Notes: generated from the letters alone by a model not told the origin. A stretch of 64,000 nucleotides of DNA from a virus (IMGVR_UViG_3300027679_000366:21854-85853); one strand, 5' to 3'. Shown: positions 26,738-36,653, numbered from the stretch's first letter. Program-made: numbers and translations.

Positions 26738-29079
26738 AGTTTACATGCCTCACAGTCGTCTTCTAAATCTTCATAATGAAATCCGTTTACTTGAACTCCA
26801 TTTATATGTGTTTGTTCGGGTGTTGGTTCTGCAATTGCCTTACTACCTTGCTTGTTAATCAAACTATAGTAGAATGTTTTCAATCCCCACATGTGTGCTT
26901 GCATCAAGTTTCTAGCAATCAATGTAGTTGGAACTTTACGATCTGCCCAGTGTGCTGGATTGTAGAATGTGTTAGTGCTAATTGATTGGTCGGTATACGC
27001 CGCAATGATTGCCGCAGTCTTTAAATAACCATCACAATCTTTTTGTTCCCACATGAGCTGATATTTGTTTTTTAGTTTATGGTATTCTGGCACTACTTGT
27101 ACAAACGATCCTGCTTTTGATTCTTTAGTACTAATCAAACTCATAGGCATTTCAATACCATTAGTACTGTTAATAACAACACTACTAGATTCAACAGGGG
27201 CAACAGCCATTTGTGTAGCATTGCGAACTCCATACTCTTTCATGTTAGTGCGTAGTGTTTCCCAATCAAGTTCGGGAGTGAAGTTTGCAAGCTCGTTAAC
27301 ACCCTTGGCACGTAATTCCCAGGGGAACGTACCTTTACCATAACGAGTATGCTCAGAACCCAAGCAAGCACCTCGTTCTTTAGCAAGCTCAACACTTGCT
27401 TCTGTTAGGTAAAATGCTTGATGCTCCATCCAAGATTTAACTTCACCCAGTGCGTCTTTCTCACCGTACTTTAAACTACGCTTGGCATGCCAGTAGGCTA
27501 GATTTGTGATGCCAATGCCTAGTGGACGGATTTCATCGTTGCTTAGTTTGGATTGTATGCTTAGAAAGTCTTGATAATCAAGTATGTTGTTAAGGCTACG
27601 GTGTAGAATACGGCAAGCACGGCGCATGTCTTCTGGGTTACGGAATGCACCCCAATTGATAGATCCTAGTGTACATAACGCAATGCGTCCCTCTGCATCA
27701 TCAAGACGTTTGAATGACTTAGTTGGTAATAGGATTTCACAGCACAAGTTACTTTGATAAATCGTATGGTACTCTGGATCAAATGGGCCTTGGTTCATGA
27801 CATTGTCAATGAACACCAAATAGATACGACCTGTATCAGTTCTCTCTTTTAATATGCCTGACTTGAATACTTCTTCAGCACTCATTGTCTTAGTGCGTAG
27901 GTCTTTACGCTTTTCGTATTTTACATATAGCTCTTCGAAGCGTTCTGTATTTTGATAGAACGCTTCATACAAATCTGGTACTTCATTGGGGTCAAAGAAT
28001 GTTATGTCTTCTTTGTTTTTAAATCTTCTCCAGAAGAAGGCACTAAGCACAACCCCATAATCCATATGACGGACTCGGGTTTCTTCTGTTCCTTGGTTGT
28101 TCTTAAGTACAATAAGGTCATCAAACTGATGATGCCAAATAGGATAGAATACAGTAGCACTAGCATTACGGATACCTCCTTGTGAACATGATCGCAAATC
28201 GCCAAACCATTTCTTCAGGAATGGTATCATACCTGTGTGCATGATCTCTCCGCCACGGATGGGACTACCTAGTGGACGTAGTCGTCCAATCTCTAAGCCA
28301 ATGCCAGCACGTTTGCTGGCATACTTGGCCATCATTTCTCCTGAAGCAAATATACTATCCAAGTCATCATCGCTACGTATAAGAACACAACTCGAAAATT
28401 GCTTTGTAGGAGTGCCGAGTCCAGCAAGTACAGGAGTAGCAAGAGTAAAGAGACCGTCTGAAGCCGCTTGGTAATACTCTTTGATAAATCGCATACGAGC
28501 TGAGTTAGGTTCTTCTTTATGGAACACAGTGGCCGCCGCAACCATATATCTAATCTGTGGAGTTTCATATGTTTGTTTTGTACTACGATTTTTAACCAAG
28601 TACTTCTCTATTAATTGTTCAATGGCCGCATAACCATATTGCTCGTCTTTTTCGTGTTCGAGCATGTCGTTCATTCGGTTCCAGTCTTCTTCTGTGTACC
28701 ACTCTAATAGCTCGTTAGTATACAATCCAGTAGCAACATTTGTCTTCACTATCTCATAAAGGTGCGGAACTTGATATGATCCATACACATCTTTTCTCAA
28801 CATTGATAATCGTTGTTTGCCTGCAACAAATTGGTAATTGGTATGACCTACATCGGGATTTGATTCTACGTCGATAAGGTCGACTATTGCTCGAAGTGTA
28901 ATTCCGTCAATTTCTTGTGTTGTTATGCCGTCATAAAAATGCGGTTGACTTTTGATTTCAATCATACTCTGACTGACATCTGCAATTCCTGCACATACTT
29001 TTGCTATTTGAGCTTGCCATTTCTCTACTGCAAGTGATTCTCTGTTTCCGTTTCTTTTTATAACTGTAATTTTATTCAT
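26734..29079 (-). CDS. nrdA: ribonucleotide reductase class Ia alpha subunit
   Basis: ATP cone, FSSCVL, SNLCCEI, KTFYY, C-terminal CEAC. Confidence 0.97.
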   Translation of the reverse strand: MNKITVIKRNGNRESLAVEKWQAQIAKVCAGIADVSQSMIEIKSQPHFYDGITTQEIDGITLRAIVDLIDVESNPDVGHTNYQFVAGKQRLSMLRKDVYGSYQVPHLYEIVKTNVATGLYTNELLEWYTEEDWNRMNDMLEHEKDEQYGYAAIEQLIEKYLVKNRSTKQTYETPQIRYMVAAATVFHKEEPNSARMRFIKEYYQAASDGLFTLATPVLAGLGTPTKQFSSCVLIRSDDDLDSIFASGEMMAKYASKRAGIGLEIGRLRPLGSPIRGGEIMHTGMIPFLKKWFGDLRSCSQGGIRNASATVFYPIWHHQFDDLIVLKNNQGTEETRVRHMDYGVVLSAFFWRRFKNKEDITFFDPNEVPDLYEAFYQNTERFEELYVKYEKRKDLRTKTMSAEEVFKSGILKERTDTGRIYLVFIDNVMNQGPFDPEYHTIYQSNLCCEILLPTKSFKRLDDAEGRIALCTLGSINWGAFRNPEDMRRACRILHRSLNNILDYQDFLSIQSKLSNDEIRPLGIGITNLAYWHAKRSLKYGEKDALGEVKSWMEHQAFYLTEASVELAKERGACLGSEHTRYGKGTFPWELRAKGVNELANFTPELDWETLRTNMKEYGVRNATQMAVAPVESSSVVINSTNGIEMPMSLISTKESKAGSFVQVVPEYHKLKNKYQLMWEQKDCDGYLKTAAIIAAYTDQSISTNTFYNPAHWADRKVPTTLIARNLMQAHMWGLKTFYYSLINKQGSKAIAEPTPEQTHINGVQVNGFHYEDLEDDCEACKL

Positions 29080-29250
29080 CTCATGTGTCGCTCTTTATTA
29101 TAAATGGCTGTACTACTATTGTCTAGGAAGTATTTAGTACCACTACTCAATCGTTGAAAACATCCTGGCACTCAACGTCTGCGGCGTCGATTTCGCGTAG
29201 TAATCGATTGGTTTTATAGTGGCGAAAATCTTATCACGGTAGCATATTAA

Positions 29251-29279
29251 ATTATATGCGCAGTTATCAAATAAGTCAA
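29251..29279 (-). promoter_or_regulatory. sigma70 promoter of nrdA operon
   Basis: TTGACT-17 bp-TATAAT; a second TAAATA near 29131-29136. Confidence 0.75.
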
Positions 29280-29309
29280 ATGACTTGAGCAATAATAATA
29301 CTGCCAATT

Positions 29310-31526
29310 TTAAAAGTTAGCAATATATGAGTATGAAAATACACCCGAGTCTGAATTTGATACAGCTGGGGTTGTTAATGTATTTGAATATTGGATAGCA
29401 ATGCTTGTTGGAATATCGCCAACACCGCCTAATGGGTTCCCAACTTCATTCAACAGCACCGCAGAGATATCAAGCTTCAATGCGTTCTCATCGCTAATAC
29501 CAGTCACATTGTATTCGTCTGTTAATTGAGCTTTGGTTGCATTGGCCGCTATACTTGCATCTATATCAACTACTAGTGTTATTTGGCCTCTTCTACTAAA
29601 ATTGTTATTTGTGCTTCGATACACGTATTCAATTTTATAACTGATAGTTCTAGTAGGCGTGCCGGATGCTCCGGTTGATACTGGTAGTGTGAACAACAGT
29701 GACGGACTAGTAATGTAGCCAACTTGTATTTGACGAGTAGCATATGACGTATATGTACCATAGCCAGACACTTCTGGAATGTATGGAATTAGCACTAGTT
29801 CACTTACCGCAGTTGGGTGGGTAGTTGGATTAAAGGATGCAATTGATGTTCCAGACGATGCTGTTAAATTTCTACGGGCGCCGCCTAGCGTATTGGCAAT
29901 TGAAAAGTTTGTACTACCACTAATGCTTTGTACATAGTATGTTGTGCCAGCAGTGATCCCGCCAATTGAACCGGTAAATTGAATAGCAGTTCCAACCAAC
30001 AAGTCATCAGTTGAGTCAGAGGTAATAAACTCAGTAGTAGTTGCTGATGTGATAGCAATCGTTGTTAAGTTACCGGGAGTGGCATTAAAGTCAATGCCAA
30101 CTGTACTTACTGGATCAATTGACAAATTACTAAAGTTATTAAATGGTGTTGTGTAACGAGTAACAATTGTAATGTTTGAAGCTGATGTATAGTTTTGTTT
30201 CAATGTACCTTGTACATTGGTTGTGGTTTGTTTAATCTTATCATTTTTAAATGCAGTGATTGGTTGACTCAATGTAAGGTTAACTGTAAATGAATTTGAC
30301 GATAGTGTTTCTTCTCTATCAGATTGCACATTCAAACATGCATTGCCAACTTCACCAAAGTAAATTTGCGGGTATTCTGGAAAGTACACTCCTGAACCAT
30401 TGTTACCAACGTCAACTAGTTTCCAATCACGGATAGTGTTGTTGTTACCGCGATGAATAATTAAGGCATGTTGTTTAATGTTATTAAACTTAGCTCTAGA
30501 GATTTGTGTGTATCTTGGACCATATTGTTGTCCGGGAGTTGTTCCGTCTGTATTTTCACCAAATACAAATCCTTGGCGACAATCTGTTACAGCAATGTCT
30601 TGGAATGTGTTGTTAGTAATGTCTTGTTGTGCCCATACTGCATAACTAAATCCAGAGATAACAACATTACTAAACAAGTTGTCACTACAGGTAACTAGTG
30701 CCGAAATTGCATTAAGGCTAATAGCTTTACTGTCAGCATTGCCAACACCATTCCAGTTGCCTGCAATGATAAGGTCTGTAAACTGGCTGTCTCTAACTGC
30801 ATCTAACTGCAAACCTGTTTGATTGTATGTATCTGAATAAACTGTTAATCCACTAAACACAATCTTTCTAGGTTGCGTATTACCAAGAGTATTGTCAATG
30901 GAACTAGGACTGCCAATAGTTGATAAGTCGTTTACAAATTGTATTGCTGGGCCAACACCCGTGTAACTAATAATAGTTTTGTCCGGACCAGAGCCAACAA
31001 TAGTTGCATAACTAGGAATGTACAATGTTTCAGTAGTTTTGTAAATGCCGGGCCCTAACTCTAATACTACTCGAGTACTGGTACCGTCTGCTGTGTTAAT
31101 ACTAGATGGACTAGTTGGGTTTAAAAACAATTGGTCTATAGCTCGCTGTAGTGCCGCAGTATCATCTACTGCACCATCTGCTTTTGAACCAAAGTCAGCG
31201 GCAGTAACTCGATCATCTAAACGATCTTGTGTTGAACGACTAACCGGATCATTACGTGTTGGCCCTGTTGAAATAGCAGGGTCATTGGTTTTATAAATGT
31301 GGTATAGTAGGTTGAGTAAATTACCTCTAACAGTAAGATCTCGTTCTGTTAGTATTTTAGTATTACCAACAGCCGGGCTACCTTCCGCAACTGAGCCGTT
31401 ACCAATGTATAGTTCTTGGGTGTCTAGAGACCAAGCTAGTTCACCAGACGCAAGTTGCGGTAAACCTGTACCACCAAGCGATTTTCCTCTACGTACTTGA
31501 ATACGGCTAATTTGCACTACGGCCAT
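29310..31526 (-). CDS. tail fiber/spike protein with beta-helix (pectate-lyase-like) domain
   Basis: IQVRRG..LPQLASGELAW..DTQELYIGNG N-terminus; DFG.KADG.VDDTAALQRAID. Confidence 0.75.
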   Translation of the reverse strand: MAVVQISRIQVRRGKSLGGTGLPQLASGELAWSLDTQELYIGNGSVAEGSPAVGNTKILTERDLTVRGNLLNLLYHIYKTNDPAISTGPTRNDPVSRSTQDRLDDRVTAADFGSKADGAVDDTAALQRAIDQLFLNPTSPSSINTADGTSTRVVLELGPGIYKTTETLYIPSYATIVGSGPDKTIISYTGVGPAIQFVNDLSTIGSPSSIDNTLGNTQPRKIVFSGLTVYSDTYNQTGLQLDAVRDSQFTDLIIAGNWNGVGNADSKAISLNAISALVTCSDNLFSNVVISGFSYAVWAQQDITNNTFQDIAVTDCRQGFVFGENTDGTTPGQQYGPRYTQISRAKFNNIKQHALIIHRGNNNTIRDWKLVDVGNNGSGVYFPEYPQIYFGEVGNACLNVQSDREETLSSNSFTVNLTLSQPITAFKNDKIKQTTTNVQGTLKQNYTSASNITIVTRYTTPFNNFSNLSIDPVSTVGIDFNATPGNLTTIAITSATTTEFITSDSTDDLLVGTAIQFTGSIGGITAGTTYYVQSISGSTNFSIANTLGGARRNLTASSGTSIASFNPTTHPTAVSELVLIPYIPEVSGYGTYTSYATRQIQVGYITSPSLLFTLPVSTGASGTPTRTISYKIEYVYRSTNNNFSRRGQITLVVDIDASIAANATKAQLTDEYNVTGISDENALKLDISAVLLNEVGNPLGGVGDIPTSIAIQYSNTLTTPAVSNSDSGVFSYSYIANF

Positions 31527-31552
31527 AATAATATCCTCTTATGGGATATTTA

Positions 31553-32269
31553 TCAGTTTTCTCGGTAGTACTGTTCCACTCTGTTCCACCATTGCTTTTC
31601 CCAATGCCCAAACATGTCCGGAGTAAGGATAAACTCTTGATAAGCAGGATCTCCCCATATCATGGGCGTAATTTCTGGTGGTTTTACACACATAAACACT
31701 ACACCTTTTTGTATATTAGTTCCGTGTACTTTATTGTGCGCAAGTGCATAAGCGACCATTTGCAAGTAGTAGTCTTCAATCCACTCATGCTTTTTAGGCT
31801 TGTTGGTTTGCTTATGGTCCATGATTGCGCCTTCATTCAAATGAAGTCCAACACAATCAGTAGTTCCTGCATATAGACCGGGATAGTAAAGTCCAACTTC
31901 TACTCCCCATACTTCATCAACATTCTTAAGCCCGTGTTCAATAATATGTTTGGCCATTTTGTGGCTTTGCACACTATATGGGTTTGATCCCGGATCATTA
32001 AGCGTACCTTGCACAATGTAGTCTTCTAAATACTTGTGCATACGTGTGCCACGGCTTGCGGCTTCTGTAACAATCTCAGTGGCTTTCTTTTCACCCACAG
32101 CTCTGCGCCATGCTTGTAGTGCGGCAACTTTTTCTGCTGGTTTAGTTTTGTCTAGGATTGTTGTAACGGATGGTAGTTTACCTCCGTCTGGCGTGGCGTA
32201 TAAACGCTTGCCTTCTACGCTTTCCCTGTTTAAGGGAGTGTAGTCATATCGTTCTTTGAGTAAGGTCAT
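31553..32269 (-). CDS. PD-(D/E)XK exonuclease
   Basis: PSVTTIL, RGTRMH, AGTTD, MDHK, YYLQMVAY. Confidence 0.85.
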   Translation of the reverse strand: MTLLKERYDYTPLNRESVEGKRLYATPDGGKLPSVTTILDKTKPAEKVAALQAWRRAVGEKKATEIVTEAASRGTRMHKYLEDYIVQGTLNDPGSNPYSVQSHKMAKHIIEHGLKNVDEVWGVEVGLYYPGLYAGTTDCVGLHLNEGAIMDHKQTNKPKKHEWIEDYYLQMVAYALAHNKVHGTNIQKGVVFMCVKPPEITPMIWGDPAYQEFILTPDMFGHWEKQWWNRVEQYYREN

Positions 32270-32275
32270 AGGACT

Positions 32276-32304
32276 ATTTTACTACAAATAGCCCTATGTG
32301 TCAA
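32276..32304 (-). promoter_or_regulatory. sigma70 promoter giving a leaderless transcript
   Basis: TTGACA-17 bp-TAAAAT, ATG 6 nt downstream. Confidence 0.75.
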
Positions 32305-32311
32305 TTAGTTA

Positions 32312-32644
32312 TTAAGCCAAATCACCACGCTTAGTAGCACTCATAGCCATTTTGCTAACTTCACTTTGGCCAGCATCTTGCTGTTGGACAGGTTCATCCG
32401 TGTTAGCATCTGTCTTGAGCGTTAAGCCAACACCGTCAAACTTGTCTACTTTATTGTGCAATGTTTGTTGCTCGGGCGGAAGACTTGCTTCTTGTTCCCA
32501 TCGACGAGCAAACGTTCTATAAGAAATTGGGATGCCCATATTTCTAAGGGCAACCCAAGTCAGTTGTGATGCGGTACCTTGATTATCGGCTGCGCTTTGT
32601 GTTGTAAAAAGGAGCCTATCTAACGGTTCAATTGTTTCTATTAC
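32312..32644 (-). CDS. -1 frame extension of 32641..33654
   Basis: Open from A_AAA_AAG (32650-32644): VIETIEPLDRLLF...LRNMGIPISY...; no start codon in this frame upstream of the site. Confidence 0.65.
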   Translation of the reverse strand, partial: VIETIEPLDRLLFTTQSAADNQGTASQLTWVALRNMGIPISYRTFARRWEQEASLPPEQQTLHNKVDKFDGVGLTLKTDANTDEPVQQQDAGQSEVSKMAMSATKRGDLA

Positions 32645-33654
32645 TTTTTTTTTGAGTTGAGTAACATGCCTAAACGACGGCTGTAGTCTACCGACTCACG
32701 CTTTTCTCTGCCTGCTTCTGCCGACATTGGTGTTTCTTCGTCCATGCCTGGCTCACCGCCTGGTGCTGGTGGCATTGGTAGTTCTGGTAGTCCGCCTGCT
32801 GGTTCTTCGCCTGGCAACCCGCCCATTCCGCCTGCTGGTGTGCCCATTGTAGGAGCCTCACCACCTGATACAATTGCTAATGCGCTTGACAAGCCTTGAC
32901 GACTTGTTTCTAATGATGTATAAATTGCCTCTAGAGCCGGCTTAACTGAATCTTGGTAACGTTGTGCAACGTCACTGCCTTGGGTTTCTCTTATAGAGTC
33001 TAATAGTTCTAGTAGCTGTTCTGCTTTCATAGCCGCAACATCTTCTAGCCAGCCTGTAATACGGTCTACCATATCTTTAGTAGCCATAATAGTTTCAGCT
33101 TTAGTTTCTTCGCCTTCTAGTAGGATCCAACTTGCTTGTGCTTCATTTAGGTCATAACGTAATGACAGTTCTGCCTTAAGTTCTTCTGTATCTGATTCGC
33201 CTAATCTCATTCTGCTAAGTGCTGAGTCAATCCAGCTATCTGGCACTGCCGACTTTCGAGCACGGTGACGGATAAATGCTGTGATGTTGTTGCTTTCGTT
33301 TGTTTTTGCTTTAGTTTTCATAGGCTTTTCTTCTTTATCTTCCTCTTCGTCGCATTCACATGGGCTACAATCACACTCTGAACAAGTGCTTTCTGCTAAT
33401 TGATCACGCTCTAGGATAGCTTGGTTGATGCAATCTAGCATCAAACGTGTTTTTTGATATTGTGCGCTTTCAAGAACAGATTCATAGCTTTCTGATAGTT
33501 CCATTTGACTTAAACGTGTGCGCAACTTGTTACGTGCGTCTTCTAATTGTACATCGCTAAACTGCTCAAAGTTAATCTTATAGCCAAACTTCTGTGCTAG
33601 GCTTTCGTTAAGCTGTTTGCTTGTAATGGGTTTTGACAATTCTCTAATTTGCAT
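32641..33654 (-). CDS. putative prohead core/scaffold-like protein
   Basis: MQIREL tag, acidic coiled coils, P/G/E-rich linker, ends SKKK*. Confidence 0.5.
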   Translation of the reverse strand: MQIRELSKPITSKQLNESLAQKFGYKINFEQFSDVQLEDARNKLRTRLSQMELSESYESVLESAQYQKTRLMLDCINQAILERDQLAESTCSECDCSPCECDEEEDKEEKPMKTKAKTNESNNITAFIRHRARKSAVPDSWIDSALSRMRLGESDTEELKAELSLRYDLNEAQASWILLEGEETKAETIMATKDMVDRITGWLEDVAAMKAEQLLELLDSIRETQGSDVAQRYQDSVKPALEAIYTSLETSRQGLSSALAIVSGGEAPTMGTPAGGMGGLPGEEPAGGLPELPMPPAPGGEPGMDEETPMSAEAGREKRESVDYSRRLGMLLNSKKK

Positions 33655-33695
33655 GATCTATTCCTAGAAATCTTATAGTGTATTTATACTTTTCA

Positions 33696-34154
33696 TTATA
33701 CGAACGACCACTTAAACATACGTGAAATTGTTTCTTTGTAATATTGGGTCTTTTGCTCGCTGTCTTCTAGTTTATTTAACAAGATCACATATCGGTCAAA
33801 TTCTTTTGCAGTTTTAATGTTATTACGATATACTTGATTATCGCAGTAGTTAGACCAGTACCTATTGTCTAAACGTTTGATTTCAAAAAACTTGTCTAAG
33901 CTAGTTGTACTGTATGCTTTAGCGGCCATTAGGGCACAGGTTTTAAGGAAGTATTGTTCAATTAGTGTTTGATTTCTATAATTGTACATACACCAGATAC
34001 CGGCACTATTTTGTTTAATTAGATAGTTCTTATAAACTGCGGCGCCGCCTGGCAATACAGTTATAGGTAACTTGCGGTCAAGCTCAGTCTGAAAGTGTTC
34101 AGCTAGCTCTTTTACTACTTGTTTTTTGTTTGATTTTTTATTAAATTTTTTCAT
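33696..34154 (-). CDS. hypothetical protein
   Basis: ORF overlapping 34141..34344. Confidence 0.55.
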   Translation of the reverse strand: MKKFNKKSNKKQVVKELAEHFQTELDRKLPITVLPGGAAVYKNYLIKQNSAGIWCMYNYRNQTLIEQYFLKTCALMAAKAYSTTSLDKFFEIKRLDNRYWSNYCDNQVYRNNIKTAKEFDRYVILLNKLEDSEQKTQYYKETISRMFKWSFV

Positions 34155-34344
34155 TTGCAACTACCGTAGGATTATCCATCCCTACTTTAGTTACCAAACT
34201 TTTGCGGATCATGGCCTCAACTCTGAACTGATCGTGTTCATCGAGCTGACTAAGTTTGATGGGAGTCTTTAACTTCTTTAGTAGTTCTGCTTCTTCGTTA
34301 GTAGTCCAAACTGTAAAATCGTTAATTAATTCGTTTATTTTCAT
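34141..34344 (-). CDS. small protein with capsid-targeting-like N-terminus
   Basis: MKINELI. Confidence 0.55.
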   Translation of the reverse strand: MKINELINDFTVWTTNEEAELLKKLKTPIKLSQLDEHDQFRVEAMIRKSLVTKVGMDNPTVVANEKI

Positions 34345-35108
34345 CTTAGGCCTGCAATAGTTAGCATCTTGTCTAACAGTGCATTATCTGATTCTTCTAA
34401 CTTGTGTATCTCAGATGGTTTCATGCGTTGGTTTGGCTGTGGTAACGGTTGGCTCCTGCTGTCAAAACTTGGAGCAGGATTTCTTGTTGCAGGCAGATGC
34501 ATTATGCCTGTGATTTCAGCAAATGCGTTTGGCCCAATTTTCCATTTGTGTCCAGTGTTTAATGCTAGATATTTTTTGCCTTTAAAAACAACATAACCCA
34601 TTCTGTTACCTGCATTAGCCGGATCTGCAATGTATGCCTGATCAACTTCTTTTCTAGTGCTGGTGATTTCAATAGGGTCGCCATCCGATGCAAATAGTTG
34701 CGCACCTTTTTTGATTGCATTAACTGTATTTGAACTGTTAGATGGTTCTAATTCTTCCGCCATTGGTCTTGCAGGAGCTCCCATAGTCTGTTGTGGGGCT
34801 TGATTACTTATTGCAATCTTTGTACCAGCGGCTAGACGTTGTTGAGGTGTTTGTTGTGTAGTTGGATTTGTTGGACTGCCCGGCTGTGTTGTCATGTTAA
34901 ACACATCGTTGCCTTGGGCATCTTGTGTAATAGCACCAAGCAAGTCTTTCTTGATTTGTGTGCCGTCTGGCATTTGAACCGTAATACTTTTGTCGTCACT
35001 TGCTACAATAGTACCTTCTTGGTCATTGCCGGTAGTAGAAGGCATTTCTTCTGGCACTGGCATTGTTTTTCCTGGTACTAAAGGTTTAACAATTTGTTTA
35101 ACTTTCAT
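34341..35108 (-). CDS. hypothetical, probably virion protein
   Basis: GGAGA SD, P/Q-rich linkers, C-terminal LDKMLTIAGLR (compare LQRMLHLAK of 9280). Confidence 0.5.
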   Translation of the reverse strand: MKVKQIVKPLVPGKTMPVPEEMPSTTGNDQEGTIVASDDKSITVQMPDGTQIKKDLLGAITQDAQGNDVFNMTTQPGSPTNPTTQQTPQQRLAAGTKIAISNQAPQQTMGAPARPMAEELEPSNSSNTVNAIKKGAQLFASDGDPIEITSTRKEVDQAYIADPANAGNRMGYVVFKGKKYLALNTGHKWKIGPNAFAEITGIMHLPATRNPAPSFDSRSQPLPQPNQRMKPSEIHKLEESDNALLDKMLTIAGLR

Positions 35109-35811
35109 TATATTCTCCAAGGCTTAATTCAGCACTTTGTAATTTGTTTATGTAACGTCTGAACTTATCAATTTTACCTCTAGCACGTAACAGTTTAAAT
35201 GCTAGATTTTCTACACTATACTCACCGCCTTGTTCTAAGCCAGCTTGTCGTAAGCGTCTAATTTCAGACATAGTTTCCTTACAAGTATTTAAGTCATTTG
35301 AGCGCATCGCTTGGTTAATTCTGCTAGCATAGTTTCTAGCTTTTTTAGTAACATCTGCATCTCTAATTGTAGGAGGTTGATGTTTTGGTTTACTTAACCA
35401 CTTATCATTTAGTAAACTATAGATTCCAGCTGAACGATGCGGTTGCTGTACGTCTTGTACATACAACTCAACATCAATGCCTTTGATCTTAATGTCGTGT
35501 GTGAAGTTATATTCGTTTTTCTTAGCAGAGTACAACTCGCCCAGTGCAACTTGGTTGCGCGGCATATCTACAACAAGGTGTAGATCTAAGTCACTGCTTT
35601 CAGCGTACCCGTAGGCCGCATTACTTCCGCTAATGGTAATATCTCTCAAGTTCAACTTAGGTACATTAAGGAACTTGGCAAAGTGCATGGCTATTGCCAT
35701 GAGCTTATAGCGTACTTCGATTATTAGTTTATTGTTTTCCCAGATTTTTGGGTTAAGATTGTCGTGGTATACGACTGGGTTGATTGATTCTTCGAATTCT
35801 ATGATCTGCAT
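35098..35811 (-). CDS. Pol-beta superfamily nucleotidyltransferase
   Basis: GSNA...SDLDLH, VELYVQ; N-terminus MQIIEFEE. Confidence 0.8.
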   Translation of the reverse strand: MQIIEFEESINPVVYHDNLNPKIWENNKLIIEVRYKLMAIAMHFAKFLNVPKLNLRDITISGSNAAYGYAESSDLDLHLVVDMPRNQVALGELYSAKKNEYNFTHDIKIKGIDVELYVQDVQQPHRSAGIYSLLNDKWLSKPKHQPPTIRDADVTKKARNYASRINQAMRSNDLNTCKETMSEIRRLRQAGLEQGGEYSVENLAFKLLRARGKIDKFRRYINKLQSAELSLGEYNES

Positions 35812-35829
35812 TTGTCATTATTTAACAGA

Positions 35830-36132
35830 TTATAAACCGACAAATTTTAAAAGTGTTGCCATACTAGGATTACCAATCCATCCTGCACCAGCGGCAAATG
35901 CTAATGCTATCATTCCGTATTTCATCCACTTGTCTTTGATCTGCTGTAGATCTTTAATCTTCTCTGCCATCTCGGCATGCTGATTAGTTGATGCATCACG
36001 CATCTCTCTAAGTGTTCCAACTAACGAAGTTTGATTGGTTGTGATGTCCTGGCGGATATCATCAAACTTTTCATTAAAGTTATCAACTTTTGTCTCAAGT
36101 ACGCTTACTCGCTCTGTTACTGTAGCCATCAT
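35830..36132 (-). CDS. coiled-coil plus C-terminal TM protein (XhlA/holin-like topology)
   Basis: ERVSVLETKV coiled coil, C-terminal hydrophobic helix. Confidence 0.5.
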   Translation of the reverse strand: MMATVTERVSVLETKVDNFNEKFDDIRQDITTNQTSLVGTLREMRDASTNQHAEMAEKIKDLQQIKDKWMKYGMIALAFAAGAGWIGNPSMATLLKFVGL

Positions 36133-36175
36133 GGCATCTCCAATGTTATAAGTCAGGGACTCGCTCCGAGTCATG

Positions 36176-36219
36176 TGCCTAGTGTATGATTGAATGCCTA
36201 ATGGGTAATGCTATGCCTA
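36176..36219 (-). repeat. three TAGGCA direct repeats at exact 19-bp period in a 5' leader
   Basis: TGCCTA on + strand at 36176, 36195, 36214. Confidence 0.75.
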
Positions 36220-36232
36220 GTACTCTATTTAG

Positions 36233-36634
36233 TCACTTTTTGGCAAAAACAATATTACGTCCGGGCCCGCCTGTGACAAAAACTGCATAGTGCTGTTCCA
36301 TTAACTCGTCTAGCCCTTGTATATAGGGTATCAAGTTAAAGTCTTCTTTTAAATTGCCAACTGGGTCGCCGTCTGCTTCAAACAAGAAGTCACGTTCTGT
36401 ACCAAAGTCAAAGCGCCATACTCTAATAACTTCATCAGTGTCAAAGCCTATAATTTTGCCCTTGACTTCTAGCACTTCGGGATTGTATGCAAATGCTACG
36501 TTGGCTCTAATTCCCAGTGTTTGCAATACCGTGTTGAAGTTTTGTTCCTTCCAACGTGCATGTTCTTTGCCTGCTTCAGGTCTGTATTGTCCAGTGTGCG
36601 TAATATCTACGAGGGTGTATAATTTGTATTCCAT
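36233..36634 (-). CDS. conserved phage protein
   Basis: YTLVDITHTG...QNFNTVLQTLGIRAN; leaderless after TAAATA. Confidence 0.6.
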   Translation of the reverse strand: MEYKLYTLVDITHTGQYRPEAGKEHARWKEQNFNTVLQTLGIRANVAFAYNPEVLEVKGKIIGFDTDEVIRVWRFDFGTERDFLFEADGDPVGNLKEDFNLIPYIQGLDELMEQHYAVFVTGGPGRNIVFAKK

Positions 36635-36653
36635 GGTAGTATTTAACCGTCGT

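Noticed and set aside
24286-29079. Introns or inteins in nrdA/nrdB
   Set aside because: Both ORFs are continuous and of normal length.
29105-29130. NrdR box before nrdA
   Set aside because: Only a weak partial match and no tandem second box.
29310-31526. Diversity-generating retroelement target (Mtd-like N-terminus)
   Set aside because: No reverse transcriptase and no template/variable repeat pair visible in the window.
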